Below, in pieces: positions 19,504 through 27,591 of a stretch of DNA of 38,571 bases. Source of the stretch: a virus (lineage: Duplodnaviria; Caudoviricetes); the IMG/VR virus record IMGVR_UViG_3300028557_002246, positions 1 through 38,571 of that record; one strand, given 5' to 3'. Position 1 is the first letter of the stretch. Every line of letters begins with the position of its first letter. The notes beneath the pieces were generated by a model. The model saw only the letters and a program-made list of their open reading frames with translations. It was not told the origin of the DNA and did not search any database. The translations under genes were made by a program, and so were the position numbers.

Positions 19504-20067
19504 ATGAAAATCGCTATCACAGGCCACACAGGTGGCATTGGAAAATCCTTTGCACAATCGCTTGCCACCAGGGGACACCACATAGTTGGAATCAGCCGCA
19601 GTGCGGGAGAAAATATACGAAGGACCGAACACACTGCCTCACTCATAGAGCCATGTGATCTGTTTATCAACAACGCCCAGAGCATGTTTGCACAGACGGA
19701 GCTGTTGTATGAGGTTTGGAGAAGATGGCAAGGACAAAAGAAATATATTTGGAACATCAGCACAGCGATGACACAATCTCCTATACACTCTGCACCGGAC
19801 GGGCTGGATGATATTGCTATGAGTTTATACAGGATACAGAAATTATCATTAGAAGAGGCATCTAAACAGTTGGGACATAAGAACGTTTGGCCCAGCATAT
19901 CCGTGATACGTCCCGGAGGAGTGGCCACACAAAAAGAATGGGACAACACAAACAAACAAGATGTTGACGAGTGGACTAAGTCTGTGATTAATATTTTTAC
20001 TGCTCATCCCAATACCCACATACCCGACATATCCATAACATATAGAAAAACAAAATTAGAGCTGTAA
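19504..20067 (+). CDS. Short-chain dehydrogenase/reductase (compact)
   Basis: TGHTGGIG, NNA, NIS, YRIQK (YxxxK), RPG. Confidence 0.85.
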   Translation: MKIAITGHTGGIGKSFAQSLATRGHHIVGISRSAGENIRRTEHTASLIEPCDLFINNAQSMFAQTELLYEVWRRWQGQKKYIWNISTAMTQSPIHSAPDGLDDIAMSLYRIQKLSLEEASKQLGHKNVWPSISVIRPGGVATQKEWDNTNKQDVDEWTKSVINIFTAHPNTHIPDISITYRKTKLEL

Positions 20068-21209
20068 TGGACGCTAAGAATTATATAAAAAACAAGAGCT
20101 TCTGTCCTTTGCCGTGGACCGGCTTTATTGTGCATCAAAACGGAGATGTGAGAAATTGCGTGTTGAGCAAAAGCAAAATAGGCAATCTCAAAGATAATTC
20201 TATACAAGAAATAGTCAGTGGAGAAAAGAATAAAGAAATTAAAAGGCAGATGTTATCTGACGCCAAGCCCAGCAACTGCGAGGGCTGCTACAGATTGGAA
20301 GAGAATAAAAATAGTTTTGACATCGTGAGCCAACGGATATACTATCTCAAAGAATTAAAAACTGTAGATCCTATCATCTATGATTCCGTGGACAATTTCG
20401 ACCTACATACCGTTGATCTTAGATGGTCCAATCAATGCAACCAGGCCTGCGTGTATTGTGGTCCCCACAACAGCAGCATGTGGGCGAAAGAGATCGGCGG
20501 TGAGGATCTCATGGATCAGGAGAAGAAACAGCGGCTGAAGGATTACGTGTTCGCCAATGTGAAACAACTAAAAAATGTTTACCTGGCAGGTGGAGAACCG
20601 CTGTTGATGAACGAGAACCAGGAATTCTTGGAACTGTTGCTGAAACATAATCCCGGTGTGATCCTTAGGGTGAACACAAACCTGTCAGCGCTGGAGACCA
20701 AGGTGGGAAAGATGATACAGACATTCAAGAACGTGCATTGGATAGTCAGTGTCGAGTCCATGGGCGCAGCATATGATTACATCCGATACGGGGGCTCGTG
20801 GAGTAAATTCTGTGACAACCTCTCTGAGTTGAGAAGAAACAAGGGGCATAAGATCTCCTTCAACATGTTGTACTTTGTTTTGAATTACATTAAATTATTT
20901 GACTGCGTTGACTATTTGAGAGCGCAGGGATTCCATGAGAACTCTTTTGTCATTGGGCCATTGTATGGTCCCGAATACCTGAACATATTAAATCTTCCCG
21001 CGCCAAAGATATCCCAGGCCAAGAAGATGCTGGAGCAAAGGATAGAAAGCAAGCCCGGATATTTCCTACAGGACAGCTACGTAAATCTTTTGAAGTATCT
21101 GGACTCACCCTATGAAAAAAATATGCAGGGCACCTTTGATGGATTGGCCAGGTTGGACGTGCGGAGGAAACTGGAGAGCAGGAAGATATTTGGAGAGGTA
21201 TATGATTAA
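20067..21209 (+). CDS. Radical SAM protein with N-terminal Twitch/SPASM-like domain
   Basis: CPLPW..G...C, CEGC, CNQACVYC, GGEP, NTN, YIRYG. Confidence 0.87.
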   Translation: MDAKNYIKNKSFCPLPWTGFIVHQNGDVRNCVLSKSKIGNLKDNSIQEIVSGEKNKEIKRQMLSDAKPSNCEGCYRLEENKNSFDIVSQRIYYLKELKTVDPIIYDSVDNFDLHTVDLRWSNQCNQACVYCGPHNSSMWAKEIGGEDLMDQEKKQRLKDYVFANVKQLKNVYLAGGEPLLMNENQEFLELLLKHNPGVILRVNTNLSALETKVGKMIQTFKNVHWIVSVESMGAAYDYIRYGGSWSKFCDNLSELRRNKGHKISFNMLYFVLNYIKLFDCVDYLRAQGFHENSFVIGPLYGPEYLNILNLPAPKISQAKKMLEQRIESKPGYFLQDSYVNLLKYLDSPYEKNMQGTFDGLARLDVRRKLESRKIFGEVYD

Positions 21210-21780
21210 GGTATTAGAATTATTGCCTGGCAAGTTTGTTTTTCCAATATTCAAGAACGGCCTGTCCAGCATCGAGGCCTTTGCAAAGGAAAAAAATATC
21301 AAGTGGCTGATAAATGAGCAACTGGAAAAGCTGCCCATGATCACATTATTTCTACGAGAACCACATGAACGATTTGTCTCGGGGGTGCATAGTTTCATAG
21401 AGTTTGAAAAAAGGAAGAACAAGGACATAGACTATGAGACGATGTTGCACTGCATAGAGAACCACAGCGTGGTCAACGAGCACTTCATGCCGCAATTTTT
21501 CTTTATCAGAAACCTGATGAAATATTACACAGGGATGATCGAGCTGCGGGGAGTCAGTGAGCTCAGGGAGTGGATACCCAACAGGAACAAGCCGGCCATT
21601 CCAGAAATCACAGAGGCACAGAGGCAGAGGATCAATAAAATAAAATACGCCGACAATCTCCATGATGCTTTGCTTTTTGAGAGGCACATGTACAAGATAG
21701 CGGACATGTACTACGTGAGCAAGAAAGTCAACATCAGGTCGCTTATAGCGGAGATAGAATATGCACTGCCCCAGGCTTGA
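21202..21780 (+). CDS. Sulfotransferase-family-like protein
   Basis: PIFKNGLSS (5'-PSB-like), REPHERFVSG (3'-PB-like), HFMPQ; GAGG SD before ATG 21202. Confidence 0.6.
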   Translation: MIKVLELLPGKFVFPIFKNGLSSIEAFAKEKNIKWLINEQLEKLPMITLFLREPHERFVSGVHSFIEFEKRKNKDIDYETMLHCIENHSVVNEHFMPQFFFIRNLMKYYTGMIELRGVSELREWIPNRNKPAIPEITEAQRQRINKIKYADNLHDALLFERHMYKIADMYYVSKKVNIRSLIAEIEYALPQA

Positions 21781-22789
21781 TCATTTCGCCAGGATAAATC
21801 ACAATGGCAAGATAGGCAAGTGTGGCCACATGACCGGAGCCAAAGAATTTGATTCATTTGAGTCCATGCAACAGAGCAGTTGGTTGACTGGCATAAAAGA
21901 AAAAATGAAGGATGGCCAATGGCCTGCCGAATGTGTGCGTTGTCGAATGACCGAGGACGCCACCAACACCAGCATACGATTGGACATGATAGAGCGAGAT
22001 AGGATACTGAGGGCAGTGGACAAGGACTATCTGATAGTGGGCGGGGTGCTGGACAACATTTGCAACAGCGCCTGCCAGTCCTGCCACAGTGGGCTCAGCA
22101 CCAAGATAGGCAGCCTGTCTTCCAAGGACTACCAGCTGGTCAACAACTACGATACGTTTTTCAAGTTCCCCCAGGAGAGGATACGTGAGGTGGACGTCAA
22201 TGGTGGGGAGCCCGCGGCCAGTCCCAACTATAAAAAATTATTGAGGAACCTACCGGAGTCTGTGAAAATTGTCAGGATCAACACCAACTGCTCGAGGATG
22301 ATCGGCGAGATAAAAGACCTATTACGCAAGGACATCAAGGTCATAGTGACAATCAGTTTTGATGGAGTGGGCGATACACATGACTACGTGAGGTGGCCAA
22401 TACTGTGGAAAGATTTTAAAAGCAATGTCGGCAAGTACATCTCCATGAGAGACCAATATGAAAATCTGAGGTTAAACTTTTGGACCACGGTGAGCTGCCT
22501 CAACGCCGCGGACCTGGACAACATAATCGAATTTGCATCTACAAATAAGATCGACCACTCCTATGGTTTCTGCATCAGACCAGACGTGTTGGACATCAGG
22601 CATGAGAACAAACTAACCCTCAGGGCCAGAGAAAAATTTTCCAAAACAGATAATAAATTATTGCTTGCTGTGGGCAACAAGTGTTGCACGTTCAAGAAAA
22701 ACAACGATGAGCAATTAAAGAAATTTATTCTGTCGCAGGATGCCTTGAGGCATATTGATTATCAAAATTATCTCAACGAAGTTTTGTAG
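21761..22789 (+). CDS. Radical SAM protein with N-terminal Twitch/SPASM-like domain
   Basis: CPR...KCGH, ECVRC, CNSACQSC, GGEP, NTN, SFDG, YVRWP. Confidence 0.87.
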   Translation: MHCPRLDHFARINHNGKIGKCGHMTGAKEFDSFESMQQSSWLTGIKEKMKDGQWPAECVRCRMTEDATNTSIRLDMIERDRILRAVDKDYLIVGGVLDNICNSACQSCHSGLSTKIGSLSSKDYQLVNNYDTFFKFPQERIREVDVNGGEPAASPNYKKLLRNLPESVKIVRINTNCSRMIGEIKDLLRKDIKVIVTISFDGVGDTHDYVRWPILWKDFKSNVGKYISMRDQYENLRLNFWTTVSCLNAADLDNIIEFASTNKIDHSYGFCIRPDVLDIRHENKLTLRAREKFSKTDNKLLLAVGNKCCTFKKNNDEQLKKFILSQDALRHIDYQNYLNEVL

Positions 22790-23480
22790 AGAACCTCTGT
22801 AGGAACAACCTTGCGAACACGTCATGATGTTCCTGTCCGTAGTGTACGCCATCAGAGGCCAGGCTGGGCTTGGTATGCAATTCTCTTTTTGTGTGCTTGT
22901 CCCACTCGGGCCAGCAGTTGCTGATGGTATATGATTTCAACACAGCGAGATCCTCTCCCATGTGTGCGTCATATGACTCCTGGGCAAAACAGTGAAATGT
23001 TTTGGCTCCCAACCTTTCAGCAAATTTTTCTAAAAAAAATACATTCTTGAGGAAGTTGTTCCTGTCTGTATTGTCGCTCTCAGTTTTGAGGAATGGGCTG
23101 TCACTGGTGAGGCTCTGTGCGAAATCTTCCAATCTTTCCCTGCGGCTCCATACGGGCCAGCACGCAATAATCAATTTGGGGAACAATAACTTTTCCGTGC
23201 CATACAATATCCTGATCATCTGATCAGCGCTGGCGCCGGGACGTGCAAGGTTCCACCACCTCAATATCTTATTTGATTTTTTAGAGACTTGGTGTATCCA
23301 CATCTGTTCTTCTTCCAATCCTTCACCAAAGGTGTGCGAGCACCCCAACACCACGACATTCTTTCCACCATCGGGCAGTGGACGGAATTCAGCACAACGA
23401 TAGCCATAGGAATTAGTTTTATATTTTGAAATCAAATCAAATTTGGGCAGGTCGTCGTCAGCGTAAAATCCTTGTTTCAT
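22773..23480 (-). CDS. SGNH/GDSL hydrolase-like protein
   Basis: NSYGYR, GCSHTFG (block I), NLARPGAS, DGVHYG (DxxH). Confidence 0.7.
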   Translation of the reverse strand: MKQGFYADDDLPKFDLISKYKTNSYGYRCAEFRPLPDGGKNVVVLGCSHTFGEGLEEEQMWIHQVSKKSNKILRWWNLARPGASADQMIRILYGTEKLLFPKLIIACWPVWSRRERLEDFAQSLTSDSPFLKTESDNTDRNNFLKNVFFLEKFAERLGAKTFHCFAQESYDAHMGEDLAVLKSYTISNCWPEWDKHTKRELHTKPSLASDGVHYGQEHHDVFARLFLQRFSTKLR

Positions 23481-23495
23481 AATAATATTTAATGT

Positions 23496-23571
23496 TGGTG
23501 GAGGCGATCAGGATCGAACTGACTACCTCTTGACTGCCAGCCAAGCGCTCTACCAAGTGAGCTACGCCCCC
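23496..23571 (-). tRNA. tRNA-Ala (GGC)
   Basis: 76-nt cloverleaf GGGGGCGTAGCTCACTTGGTAGAGC...TTCGATC...CGCCTCCACCA; G3:U70 Ala identity; encoded CCA. Confidence 0.95.
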
Positions 23572-23581
23572 ATATGTATTT

Positions 23582-23657
23582 TGGTGCCCCTAGCCGGAAT
23601 TGCACTGACGACCTCCACCTTACCATGGTGTTGCTCTACTCACTGAGCTATAGGGGC
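23582..23657 (-). tRNA. tRNA-Thr (GGT) with non-canonical D/T loops
   Basis: 76-nt GCCCCTATAGCTCAGTGAGTAGAGC...ATGGTAA...GTCAG-TGCAATT-CCGGC-TAGGGGCACCA; perfect acceptor stem; encoded CCA. Confidence 0.85.
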
Positions 23658-23667
23658 ATGTACATGT

Positions 23668-23695
23668 ATTATAACAGGAATTAATTATTTGCCAA
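23668..23695 (-). promoter_or_regulatory. Sigma70-type promoter of the tRNA pair
   Basis: TTGGCA-N16-TATAAT with TG extension, 10 nt before tRNA-Thr. Confidence 0.65.
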
Positions 23696-23700
23696 TAGAT

Positions 23701-24327
23701 TTAAAAGAATTGATAAAACAATTGGAGATCAATGCCCAGGCCATGCTCTACCAGTTCTTTGATTCCAGAATATAGGAAATACACAGCCAGCGCCGAGAAC
23801 AACCACCTGCTGTAGAAGAATATCTGTCGTACTGGCAATTTCTTGATCTGGTAGTTCGCAACCTTAACAGCTATTACCAAAACCACCAAACCCACCAAAA
23901 TGCCCAAACCAATCAAACCCGCATTGGGATAGTCAGCATAGATGCCTGTGAGGAAAAGAACCACTTCCACACCTTCTCTGAAAATGATAAAGAATGCTGT
24001 GATGCCCAGTGCCCATGCGCTGTGTTTAGGAAGGTCTTTAACATGCTGCGCAGCACCATGGCAGAACCAGGCCACCCAGGCCAATATAACACCCGTTATA
24101 ATGGCGATTAAAGCTTCAAAGCGCTCTAAATTTGCATGATCTCCCAGCCAAGCAGCAGTTGCACTGCCCAATAAAATTGTGGCTGCAAATGCGGCTGCAG
24201 AGCTGATCCATATGCTTTTTTGTTGCTGTGAATTACCATTGGTAGAGGCCAGGGCCAGGACCATGATCAACCATACCTCAAACCCTTCTCTGAATATAAC
24301 AAATGCTGAACTTAACAGTGGTGTCAT
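23701..24327 (-). CDS. FTR1/EfeU-family iron permease
   Basis: Multi-pass hydrophobic protein with two REGxE motifs (FREGFE, FREGVE). Confidence 0.88.
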   Translation of the reverse strand: MTPLLSSAFVIFREGFEVWLIMVLALASTNGNSQQQKSIWISSAAAFAATILLGSATAAWLGDHANLERFEALIAIITGVILAWVAWFCHGAAQHVKDLPKHSAWALGITAFFIIFREGVEVVLFLTGIYADYPNAGLIGLGILVGLVVLVIAVKVANYQIKKLPVRQIFFYSRWLFSALAVYFLYSGIKELVEHGLGIDLQLFYQFF

Positions 24328-24374
24328 TGTGCCTTATTAATTTTTGTCATACTTATTCTATGTTATTTTGCAGG

Positions 24375-24402
24375 TTGCGTCAATTGGTTTTTGTGTTATA
24401 AT
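24375..24402 (+). promoter_or_regulatory. Sigma70-type promoter
   Basis: TTGCGT-N16-TATAAT with TG extension. Confidence 0.55.
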
Positions 24403-24418
24403 ATAGATTAAATACCAT

Positions 24419-24556
24419 ATGAAAAAAACACTGACAATATTGTGTCTGTTCTTCGTGATTGGCTGTGCCACCGCTGAAACAAACACGCAGGAAAAAACCA
24501 GCCCCATGGACCGCGTGGGCCAGGTCCTGGAAAAAATTACCTTACCTAAGTTTTAA
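24419..24556 (+). CDS. Small putative lipoprotein (45 aa; not in the ORF track)
   Basis: MKKTLTILCLFFVIG-CATAETNTQEK...: basic N-terminus, hydrophobic core, lipobox-like VIGC. Confidence 0.6.
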   Translation: MKKTLTILCLFFVIGCATAETNTQEKTSPMDRVGQVLEKITLPKF

Positions 24557-24771
24557 TCTTTGCTGTTCCACTTGTCCAGCATGCCCTGCAGCGAGCTGCC
24601 ATGCAACTCTTGTGGGTCCTGCTCCACGCCTCGCTTCAGACCATAGCCTGAGCTGCCGTTGCTGCGGTGATGCACCTTGCTGTCAAATGTGTCCTTGCCT
24701 TGGTGGTGATTGCCGTTGCTGTTGCCGTTAAACTTTTTTTTGTGTTTGAATTTTTTTCTTTTGTTGAACAT
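24553..24771 (-). CDS. Small basic, low-complexity protein (72 aa)
   Basis: KRKKFKHKKKF followed by an Asn/Gly/His-rich stretch; own promoter and GAGAG SD. Confidence 0.6.
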   Translation of the reverse strand: MFNKRKKFKHKKKFNGNSNGNHHQGKDTFDSKVHHRSNGSSGYGLKRGVEQDPQELHGSSLQGMLDKWNSKD

Positions 24772-24784
24772 TTCTCTCTCTCTA

Positions 24785-24826
24785 ATTGTAACACAGGTTG
24801 TGACTCTGTCAAAGTCATGTTATACT
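24785..24826. promoter_or_regulatory. Overlapping divergent sigma70-type promoters
   Basis: Minus strand: TTGACA(24812-07)-N16-TACAAT(24790-85). Plus strand: TTGTGA(24798)-N17-TATACT(24821-26), 5 nt before ATG 24832. Confidence 0.6.
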
Positions 24827-24831
24827 CTAGT

Positions 24832-25200
24832 ATGAATGATATTACCAAAGATGTCAGCCAAACCTTGGCCGATGTTGTGGATCATGAAGCTACTCGATTG
24901 TTGTACATTCAAAAAATTGTGGAACGATTGAGGACTGTGTTTGATCCTGAACTGCCCATCAATATTTACGATCTTGGGCTGATATATGACATCAAAGTGA
25001 CGGATCAGTCCGAGTGCCATGTGCTGCACACCCTGACCTCTGCATTCTGCCCCGCTGCCGACATCATACCCGTGGACATACAAAATGCTGTGCAGAGCGT
25101 GGAGGGCATTGCCAAATGCCATGTGCGCATCACCATGTTCCCCCAGTGGAGCCCGCAGAGTCTGGATCCTGAAATACGACAGCTGATACTGGGTTGGTAA
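24832..25200 (+). CDS. SufT/MIP18 (DUF59) Fe-S cluster assembly protein
   Basis: LRTVFDPELPINIYDLGLIY and TLTSAFCPAA (DPE-x-T-x-C) plus a W near the C-terminus. Confidence 0.88.
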   Translation: MNDITKDVSQTLADVVDHEATRLLYIQKIVERLRTVFDPELPINIYDLGLIYDIKVTDQSECHVLHTLTSAFCPAADIIPVDIQNAVQSVEGIAKCHVRITMFPQWSPQSLDPEIRQLILGW

Positions 25201-25235
25201 GCCCATAAATATTTCTACAACAACAGGAGAACACA

Positions 25236-25349
25236 ATGCTTACCATAGCGTTCATTCTAGGTTTCGCCGCAGGTTGGTTTGTCAACGAGAAAGTTGAGAA
25301 CTTTGGCGAGAAGATCAATCCATTAAATTGGTTCAAGAAGAAAAAATAA
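25236..25349 (+). CDS. 37-aa single-pass membrane protein (not in the ORF track)
   Basis: MLTIAFILGFAAGWFVNEKVENFGEKINPLNWFKKKK; AGGAG SD; TAAATA box at 25206. Confidence 0.65.
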   Translation: MLTIAFILGFAAGWFVNEKVENFGEKINPLNWFKKKK

Positions 25350-25356
25350 ACACCTC

Positions 25357-25389
25357 ATGCCTTTGGGGGCCTAGGTCCCCAACGGGCAT
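25357..25389. terminator. Bidirectional hairpin terminator between convergent genes
   Basis: ATGCC-T-TTGGGG-GCC-TA-GGT-CCCCAA-CG-GGCAT with A-rich flanks. Confidence 0.6.
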
Positions 25390-25404
25390 ATCCAAATAAA
25401 AATT

Positions 25405-25626
25405 TTATCTAAACAGCAGTACAACTGCCAACAAGATCGTCAGTGCCACTGCCATGATCTTGATCTGGGATCTCTCTATTGCCGTATACATCTCGGCCTT
25501 CAGAGCCCTGTGATCATCAAGGAACTGTTGGGGGGCCGCCATGTATGGATTGAAATAATTATTGGGCAGAGATAAGCTGTCTATTTCTTTTATAATTTCT
25601 TCTTGATTGCTTGGCAGTGCTGCCAT
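25405..25626 (-). CDS. Small protein with C-terminal membrane anchor
   Basis: 73 aa ending IMAVALTILLAVVLLFR. Confidence 0.6.
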   Translation of the reverse strand: MAALPSNQEEIIKEIDSLSLPNNYFNPYMAAPQQFLDDHRALKAEMYTAIERSQIKIMAVALTILLAVVLLFR

Positions 25627-25629
25627 TGT

Positions 25630-25743
25630 TTAACGTATGTTAATTTTGTTATTTGCTAGCTTTTTTTGCCCTAACTTGTAACCAAGTGCGAACGCTATCG
25701 CTATGAAAGCTGCGACCAATAATGTGTGCCAAAAGTAAAACAT
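25630..25743 (-). CDS. 37-aa single-pass membrane protein (not in the ORF track)
   Basis: MFYFWHTLLVAAFIAIAFALGYKLGQKKLANNKINIR; TAAATA box 5 nt upstream. Confidence 0.6.
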   Translation of the reverse strand: MFYFWHTLLVAAFIAIAFALGYKLGQKKLANNKINIR

Positions 25744-25765
25744 AAAAGTATTTATCTACAAAATA

Positions 25766-26827
25766 TTAAAACTTGTAACGAATGGTTGCCAACAACTGTG
25801 GATTATAGTCCTTGTATAAACCTGTGTTGACGGATGTCTGCTCTTTGTCATGATAATAGAGTCCGACTTCCAATCCAGCTCTCTTGTCTGGTCTTTTGTG
25901 TTTATCGTCTTCGGTGTGCAGGTTGTAAACCAACCCCCAATAGTTGCCGGTGAATCCTAGGTCGTCATTTTCCGTTCTGTGAACAGTGCCATAGATGCGA
26001 TCATTGAAACTGTACAGCAATCCATAGTCATATCTGTTCTTGTCAGCGAACCCAGTGTCCATGTCATCCCAAACTTCTGCCCCCCATATTAAGGGAATGT
26101 TCCAACGATACAAACTGCCACCCAATGACCAACCTTTTTGTGTTCGTTCATTAAAACTAGAAACACTTGTTGAACTTTTTGGATTTTTGATTTGCATGTA
26201 AGATAAATCAGCATAACCAAACAGTCCCACTGTTGCACTGGTGTATAACGCATCTCTCTCGTTGTCCCAACCCACGACCAACCCCACAGGCAAGTCTTGT
26301 CTTAATCTATATGAATCAAAATCAAATTGATCGTCCCAATTGAAACCACCAATGGCCAGCACTGCCTTTTCTCTGTGATCTAATCTTGAATTGGTCTGTG
26401 TGATGATTAGTGGTGCGCCTATCTTGGCAGTTTTTGCGAAGCCCAAACGCTGAGCGTCGGTCTCACCCAGGTAGAGCCTGTAGTAGTCATTGCCCACTCC
26501 CATTTGTTTCTCCTGCACGGTGTTGTTCAGTGTTGTGTCCAATGAGTAATAGGTGTCATACAGCATGGAGGCTCCGGTCCAATTGACATAGGCATTATTA
26601 AATTTGTGATTGATTCCCACTTGCAGCTCCGCTCTAGAATCAACTCCGCTGTCGTAGGTGCGATCATCATAGTAGGCCTCTACTTCGCCCGTGATGAACA
26701 CGCCCTTGGGTATGGAAAGTTTATTGGTTTCCAGGTTGGCTATTCTCTGCTCCAGTTGCTTGATCTTGTCTGCGTCAGCAAACGCCGCTGAGGTCCATAA
26801 CAATAATAGCAATAATATTTTTTTCAT
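25766..26827 (-). CDS. Outer-membrane beta-barrel (porin-like) protein
   Basis: Signal peptide MKKILLLLLLWTSAAFA, short coiled coil KIKQLEQRIANLE, amphipathic Tyr/Gly-rich strands, C-terminal ATIRYKF beta-signal. Confidence 0.75.
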   Translation of the reverse strand: MKKILLLLLLWTSAAFADADKIKQLEQRIANLETNKLSIPKGVFITGEVEAYYDDRTYDSGVDSRAELQVGINHKFNNAYVNWTGASMLYDTYYSLDTTLNNTVQEKQMGVGNDYYRLYLGETDAQRLGFAKTAKIGAPLIITQTNSRLDHREKAVLAIGGFNWDDQFDFDSYRLRQDLPVGLVVGWDNERDALYTSATVGLFGYADLSYMQIKNPKSSTSVSSFNERTQKGWSLGGSLYRWNIPLIWGAEVWDDMDTGFADKNRYDYGLLYSFNDRIYGTVHRTENDDLGFTGNYWGLVYNLHTEDDKHKRPDKRAGLEVGLYYHDKEQTSVNTGLYKDYNPQLLATIRYKF

Positions 26828-26834
26828 TACTGTA

Positions 26835-27512
26835 TTATACTTTAGGGAACAGGTTCTCCGCAACGAATATTTTCACAAGATCTTCTGGTAATCCCAGGCT
26901 CAGCATCACCCGCGGCGTGTGCGGATTCTTCATCTGATGCTCGCAGTAGTAGTTCTGTGCTGAGATCACATCCTCACGTGAGGAATCATTTTTGTAATCA
27001 CCTATGTGCTGCAGGTAATGATTTAGATTATTTTCAGCCATGTTGCATACCTGTGTCAGTTCCTGCTCTTCCTGTATGTTGCCCGCGGCTATCATGCCGC
27101 CGCTGAAAATGGCCTTGGCCCAGTCCGGCAGCTCCCTGGCCTTGCTGGGTTGGTAAGACTTGGCGCTGTCAACGAACCACTGGGTCAACGCATGCTGTTT
27201 GTTGAGAAGAGGCGAGAAGTCATGGAACGCCCCCGTGACCTTGTTCTTGCCGGCTATCACGTCAAAGCCATAAATGGGGCCACCGTTGGTCAGTTCTGGG
27301 AACAGGCACACGTGCATCATCCACAGGCCCTTGGTATCACGAGCATCCACCACGTCTATGTGTGCCCTCCTGACATTGTCGTTGCGCCAGGTCCTGTTGA
27401 TCCATCCAGTGTTGTTGAACTTGTGCATGCCGTCCTCCTGGTATTCCACGCAGTGCTGGTCCAACAACGCCACGATGTTATCTTTGCACTGTATAAGTTT
27501 TTCCCAGATCAT
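26835..27512 (-). CDS. pcyX: Ferredoxin-dependent bilin reductase, PcyA/PcyX family
   Basis: RRAHIDVVD, MMHVCLFP, PIYGFDVIAG, AFHDFSP, RELPDWAKAIFS, QNYYC..Q.KNPHTPRVM. Confidence 0.82.
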   Translation of the reverse strand: MIWEKLIQCKDNIVALLDQHCVEYQEDGMHKFNNTGWINRTWRNDNVRRAHIDVVDARDTKGLWMMHVCLFPELTNGGPIYGFDVIAGKNKVTGAFHDFSPLLNKQHALTQWFVDSAKSYQPSKARELPDWAKAIFSGGMIAAGNIQEEQELTQVCNMAENNLNHYLQHIGDYKNDSSREDVISAQNYYCEHQMKNPHTPRVMLSLGLPEDLVKIFVAENLFPKV

Positions 27513-27591
27513 ATTTGAAATACTTATAGCCAAGAAATTTTGTTGGCAAATATCCAAAAATTAAATAGTTCATATCTATATATTTTAAAAA

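Noticed and set aside
24324-24350. Eight-codon uORF (MTKINKAQ) overlapping the FTR1 start
   Set aside because: Its ATG directly abuts the TAAGTA box and would probably lie upstream of the transcription start; no other support.
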